Assembly: GCA_963743305.1 (NCBI GenBank)
Contig: CAVUPH010000018.1
Coordinates: 32,001-96,000 of the forward strand
DNA length: 64,000 nucleotides
Origin: an uncultured delta proteobacterium
Lineage (GTDB): Bacteria; Desulfobacterota; RBG-13-43-22
Direction of reading: 5' to 3'
Shown here: piece by piece, positions 60,161 through 64,000 of the stretch
Layout of the letters: every line of letters starts with the position of its first letter
Numbering within the stretch: position 1 is the first letter of the stretch
The notes under the pieces: generated by a model
What the model was told of the DNA's origin: nothing
Databases searched by the model: none
What the model saw: the letters and a program-made list of their open reading frames with translations, nothing else
Program-made: the position numbers and the translations under genes

Positions 60161-61358
60161 TTTTTTTCAAAACGGAGTGATTACCACCCTGCATCGATTG
60201 AACCGGGAAAACCGGGCGGAATTGGAACGGGAGATGATCCACCACAGCCTGCGGCGACCCATCGCCCTGGTGCTGCCGGCCCTTTATTCGGAACTGGAAA
60301 CTCCGGCCCTGCCAAAGATTGTCGAGGCCCTGAAGGAGGTGCCCTATCTGACCCAAATCGTGATCACCATGGGCCGCACCGATGAAAACCAATTCCGGCA
60401 GGCCAAAAAATTTTTTGAGGTCCTGCCCCAGGAAAAGGTGATCATCTGGAATGACGGACCGCGACTGGAGCGGATCTATCAAAGCATCGAAAAGGAATTC
60501 GGACGTTTTGAAAAGGGGAAGGGGCTTTCCGCCTGGATGGCCTATGGCTACGTCCTGGCCGCCAGCAAATGCCAGGTCATCGCCCTCCACGATTGCGATA
60601 TATTAAGCTATGACACCGAAATGCTGGCCCGTCTCTGCTACCCCATCGTCAACGCCCATCTGAATTATGAATTCTGTAAGGGGTATTACGGCCGGGTGAC
60701 CGACCGGCTGCATGGCCGGGTGACCCGCCTGTTTGTTACGCCCCTGATTCGCGGCCTGATCCAGATGCTGGGCCCCAATCCCTTTCTCGCCTATCTGGAC
60801 AGCTTCCGCTATCCGCTGGCCGGGGAATTCGCCATGGTGACCGACTTGGCCTGGCGCAACCGCATCCCCAGCGATTGGGGGCTGGAGGTCGGGGTCCTGG
60901 CCGAGATTTACCGGAACTGTACGCTCACCGGTATCTGCCAGGCCGACCTGGCCGACAATTATGAACACAAGCACCAGGATCTCTCGCCCGACGACGCCTC
61001 CAAGGGCTTGATGAAGATGACCGCCGACATCGCCCAAAGCCTTTTCCGGACACTGGCCGGGGAAGGGGTCGTCTTTTCCGAGGGCTTCTTCAAATCCCTA
61101 AGCACCACCTATGTGAAGCAGGCCCAGGACGCCATCAAGCGCTACCACGACGACGCCCTGATCAACTCGCTGGTTTTTGACCGCCATGAAGAGGCCACGG
61201 CTATGGAAGCCTTTGCTCGGAGCATCCAACTAGCCGGGGACCAGACCCTGGAGGATCCCCTGAATATTCCGCTGATCCCCAATTGGAGCCGGGTCCTGTC
61301 CGCCCTGCCCGACTTGTTTGACCAGCTTTTGGAAGTGGTGGAAAAGGATAACGCTTGA
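60153..61358 (+). CDS. Glucosyl-3-phosphoglycerate synthase-like glycosyltransferase
   Basis: MSDFFQNGVITTLH, LHDCDI, GRVTRL, RYPLAGE, DWGLEVG, YEHKHQ. Confidence 0.8.
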   Translation: MSDFFQNGVITTLHRLNRENRAELEREMIHHSLRRPIALVLPALYSELETPALPKIVEALKEVPYLTQIVITMGRTDENQFRQAKKFFEVLPQEKVIIWNDGPRLERIYQSIEKEFGRFEKGKGLSAWMAYGYVLAASKCQVIALHDCDILSYDTEMLARLCYPIVNAHLNYEFCKGYYGRVTDRLHGRVTRLFVTPLIRGLIQMLGPNPFLAYLDSFRYPLAGEFAMVTDLAWRNRIPSDWGLEVGVLAEIYRNCTLTGICQADLADNYEHKHQDLSPDDASKGLMKMTADIAQSLFRTLAGEGVVFSEGFFKSLSTTYVKQAQDAIKRYHDDALINSLVFDRHEEATAMEAFARSIQLAGDQTLEDPLNIPLIPNWSRVLSALPDLFDQLLEVVEKDNA

Positions 61359-61526
61359 GAGGTAGGCTTTGTCCGCAAGGTTAGGAACTCTTTTTGGGCC
61401 TGACCTTTTCTCTGACTTCGGAAAGGGATCTTCTTAACGGTCTCAGAATAATATTGACCGGATTCCTTAACGCTGCCCAGTCATAAACAAAGGCAAAGGA
61501 CGATCTCTCACAGATGTAAGCTGGTT

Positions 61527-61655
61527 CCGTAAAAAGTCCCCCGGGCTGTCATTGCGAGGAGTGATGCGACGAAGCAATCCCCAAGAATCAGTCAGTTGCC
61601 ATTGGGGGGATTGCTTCGCTTCGCTCGCAATGACGGGTATTTTGACTTTTTGCGA
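61527..61655. repeat. Family A palindromic element, reverse orientation
   Basis: Same core and terminal IR as 43141-43269. Confidence 0.8.
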
Positions 61656-61719
61656 GGTTATCTTATAAGCCTGTCAATAAATGGCCGGCAGGTTCAGGGG
61701 CTCAGGTAAACAGTTGCCT

Positions 61720-62937
61720 CTATCTTCCGGCACAGGCCGGATCGGCTTTTTCATAGTACATTTTGAACAGTTCCCGGGTGATGATCATTTTTTGTACGTT
61801 GGAGGTCCCTTCCAGGTATTCCATGCCCCGGGCATCGGCGGCCAACTGGCTGATCAGGGCGTTGCGCAGATACCCCCTGCCGCCCATGATAATCTGGGCC
61901 CGGGCGGCCACCTCCATAACCATTTGGGTGGCGAAGAGCTTGGCCAGGGAAGAGCTCAACCGGTAATGGGGCGAGCCCACCTGCTCCAGGGCGTGGAAGC
62001 ACAGTCCCCGGGCCGCGTTCATCTTGGAGTACATGTCGGCGATCTGGAAGCTGATATCCTGGCTGCTGGTGAGGGGGTGGTCGAACTGCCTCCGGCGCAG
62101 GGCGTAATAATAGATTTCGCGGAAAATCCGGTAAGCCAGTCCGCAGCAGATGCCGGCGATGTGAATCCGCCCGCGGTCGATCACCTCGAGGGCCAATAAC
62201 AGGCCCTTCCCTTCCTCGCCGATCCTGTTGGCTTCGGGTACCCGCACATCCTGGAAGACCAGACGTCCCGTAGGCAGCGCCTTCAGACCGTCTTTTTCCG
62301 GCAAACCTTCGACGGAGAAGCCCGCGGTCCCGTTTTCAACAATCAGGAGGCTGAGGGAACGCGGACCCTTGGTCCCGCGGGTGTTGACCAGGATGGCGTA
62401 GATATCGGCCAGTCCGCTGTTGGAGATGAAAATCTTTTCCCCGGTCAACAGGTATTGTCCATCGGTTCGCTTGGCCGAAAATCCGATGGCGCTGGCGTCG
62501 GATCCCGCTTTTTCCTCGGTCATGGCAATGGCCCCGAATTGCCCGGCGGCCATTCGGGGCAGATACGCTTCTTTCTGCCGTTGATTGCCTTGACAGACGA
62601 TGTCGATAGCCCGCCCGTGGGATACCAGGATAATGCCGATGGCCGGAGAGGCATAGCCCAGGAGCTCCATGAAACAATAGATGTCCGACTCCGAGATTTT
62701 TTGTCCACCGAATTCCCGGGGGATGAACCGCTCAAAGATACGGGCCTCTTTGAGACCCAGGGTGATCCGATCCCATTCTTCGGGGAAAACGGCCTTATGG
62801 TTTTCAATCTTGTTCTCTAGATCCGGATAGTTGGGAATGATCCGTTCCTCCAGGAGGGCCAGAAAATCTTTTACCCCTTCTTTTTCTTTCCACCCCGGTT
62901 TGAAGGAATCGAGGATGCTCAAAAGGTTGTCCATCAT
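61720..62937 (-). CDS. Acyl-CoA dehydrogenase
   Basis: AMTEEKAGSD, GEKIFISN, RRQFD, GGRGY, EGTSNVQK. Confidence 0.93.
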   Translation of the reverse strand: MMDNLLSILDSFKPGWKEKEGVKDFLALLEERIIPNYPDLENKIENHKAVFPEEWDRITLGLKEARIFERFIPREFGGQKISESDIYCFMELLGYASPAIGIILVSHGRAIDIVCQGNQRQKEAYLPRMAAGQFGAIAMTEEKAGSDASAIGFSAKRTDGQYLLTGEKIFISNSGLADIYAILVNTRGTKGPRSLSLLIVENGTAGFSVEGLPEKDGLKALPTGRLVFQDVRVPEANRIGEEGKGLLLALEVIDRGRIHIAGICCGLAYRIFREIYYYALRRRQFDHPLTSSQDISFQIADMYSKMNAARGLCFHALEQVGSPHYRLSSSLAKLFATQMVMEVAARAQIIMGGRGYLRNALISQLAADARGMEYLEGTSNVQKMIITRELFKMYYEKADPACAGR

Positions 62938-63569
62938 AAACCTCCACTGGTGGTCGGGAGCCCGCCCTGGTCGGGAGGGGCGGTCCCCGCGATTTCCTGT
63001 CCGCGATCTTTTAATTCCGCTTCAGCCAATTTTACCGCCGCCGGCGTAAAAAACCAACGCCGAACCCTGGCCGAGAGAAACTGATATAGTTCGTCCGCGT
63101 CCAAACCCTGCCTTTTTATTTCATTCCAGAAGCCGATGCGGGAGAAACGCCAGAGCTTATCCGCGTCTTTCAGGATCTCTTCCTCCAGGGAACCGGCCTG
63201 TTCTCCGGAGTCATGCCGCCCGATCAAGAGGACGATCCGTTCGATCCACGGCGTCGGATAGTTCTGGGACTGGAGGATGTGTCGGGCAATGACCGCCCCT
63301 TCCTTTTCATGGATCCGGTTGAGCCGTTCGGCCTCCTCCCCCCCGGCCCGCACCCCGAAGGCGATTTTGATCTGCGCGGGTTCCAGTCTCGACCAGCCGA
63401 CATCATGCAAAATAACGGCCGGTTCCACGATCCGCGCTTCACCCCCCCCTTCTCCCAGCAGGCGCAAGGCATAGCCATGAGAAACCCGGGCATGCGGGAG
63501 ATCGCCCCTCTTCTTTAAATAAGGTTCAGCCAGCCGGAAAAGCTCGCGGATGAATTCATCCCAATCCAT
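62934..63569 (-). CDS. HD-domain protein
   Basis: ILHDVGW, HEKEG, HDS, DADKLWRF; overlaps the acyl-CoA dehydrogenase start. Confidence 0.85.
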   Translation of the reverse strand: MDWDEFIRELFRLAEPYLKKRGDLPHARVSHGYALRLLGEGGGEARIVEPAVILHDVGWSRLEPAQIKIAFGVRAGGEEAERLNRIHEKEGAVIARHILQSQNYPTPWIERIVLLIGRHDSGEQAGSLEEEILKDADKLWRFSRIGFWNEIKRQGLDADELYQFLSARVRRWFFTPAAVKLAEAELKDRGQEIAGTAPPDQGGLPTTSGGL

Positions 63570-63690
63570 GTCTGGAAAAATACTATAGGGGGGGAAAGAA
63601 AACAAGGGAAAGGTCTAATCAAAAATATTAGAATTTTGGGTTCAAAAGTTAGACTTGTTTATCCCGTTGATATTTCCTACAATAGGGCCG

Positions 63691-64000
63691 ATGAAGCGCA
63701 AATTATTAATCATCGGCGGAGGTCCGGCCTTTCAGGATAAGGTCCGGCACCACTTTCAGGATCGCTATGAGATAAAAATTTCCTCCTCCGGGAAAGAAGC
63801 CCTGCCCCCGCTCATGACCTGCAAACCCGCCATGGTCCTTTTAGGCGCCCCGCTGCCGGACACGAATAGCCTGGAAATACTTCAGCGGATTCAACAGGAA
63901 TTCCCCCAATCCAAGACCATTCTCTTTTCCGCCTTCCAGGATATGGATACGACCATTCAGGCCATTAAATTGGGGGCCTATGATTATGTCCTGGAAGATA
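63691..64000 (+). CDS. Response-regulator-like protein with atypical receiver, truncated by window end
   Basis: Manual translation MKRKLLIIGGG..PAMVLLG..AIKLGAYDYV. Confidence 0.7.
   Translation, partial: MKRKLLIIGGGPAFQDKVRHHFQDRYEIKISSSGKEALPPLMTCKPAMVLLGAPLPDTNSLEILQRIQQEFPQSKTILFSAFQDMDTTIQAIKLGAYDYVLED

Noticed and set aside
1-64000. Genome-wide UGA reassignment
   Set aside because: Many intact genes end in TGA at expected positions (7431, 10766, 28856, 38925) and use TGG for Trp

Overview
GC-rich bacterial contig, probably from an anaerobic Desulfobacterota/deltaproteobacterium (inferred from gene content and intergenic palindrome families). It carries about 50 mostly metabolic and signalling genes: acyl-CoA ligases, nadE, glpK, xsc, metF, fbaA, ackA, glgX and glucosylglycerate genes. 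Frameshift patches near 17-22.5, 30-31 and 47-48 kb may be long-read errors or decay. Best candidate for a new system: an unannotated 40-codon ORF (24107-23985, minus) with a strong RBS. It ends C-H-K-UGA-K-G-UGA-K-S-UAA, is followed by a SECIS-like hairpin, and lies just upstream of a radical SAM/SPASM gene, suggesting a di-selenocysteine RiPP precursor and its maturase. Other highlights: an integrase-less cassette-like island (R-M pair, Y1 transposase, BrnT/BrnA relic) with an internally deleted group IIC intron inserted at the GT/T of an attC core; a porin-ApbE-TlpA-TlpA/CxxCH/FMN-bind cluster; a DUF2889/PHP/DUF169-CoaE cluster; and several two-component proteins lacking their phospho-acceptor residue. 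No rRNA, tRNA or CRISPR array was seen. All family calls come from motif recognition by eye; no searches were run.
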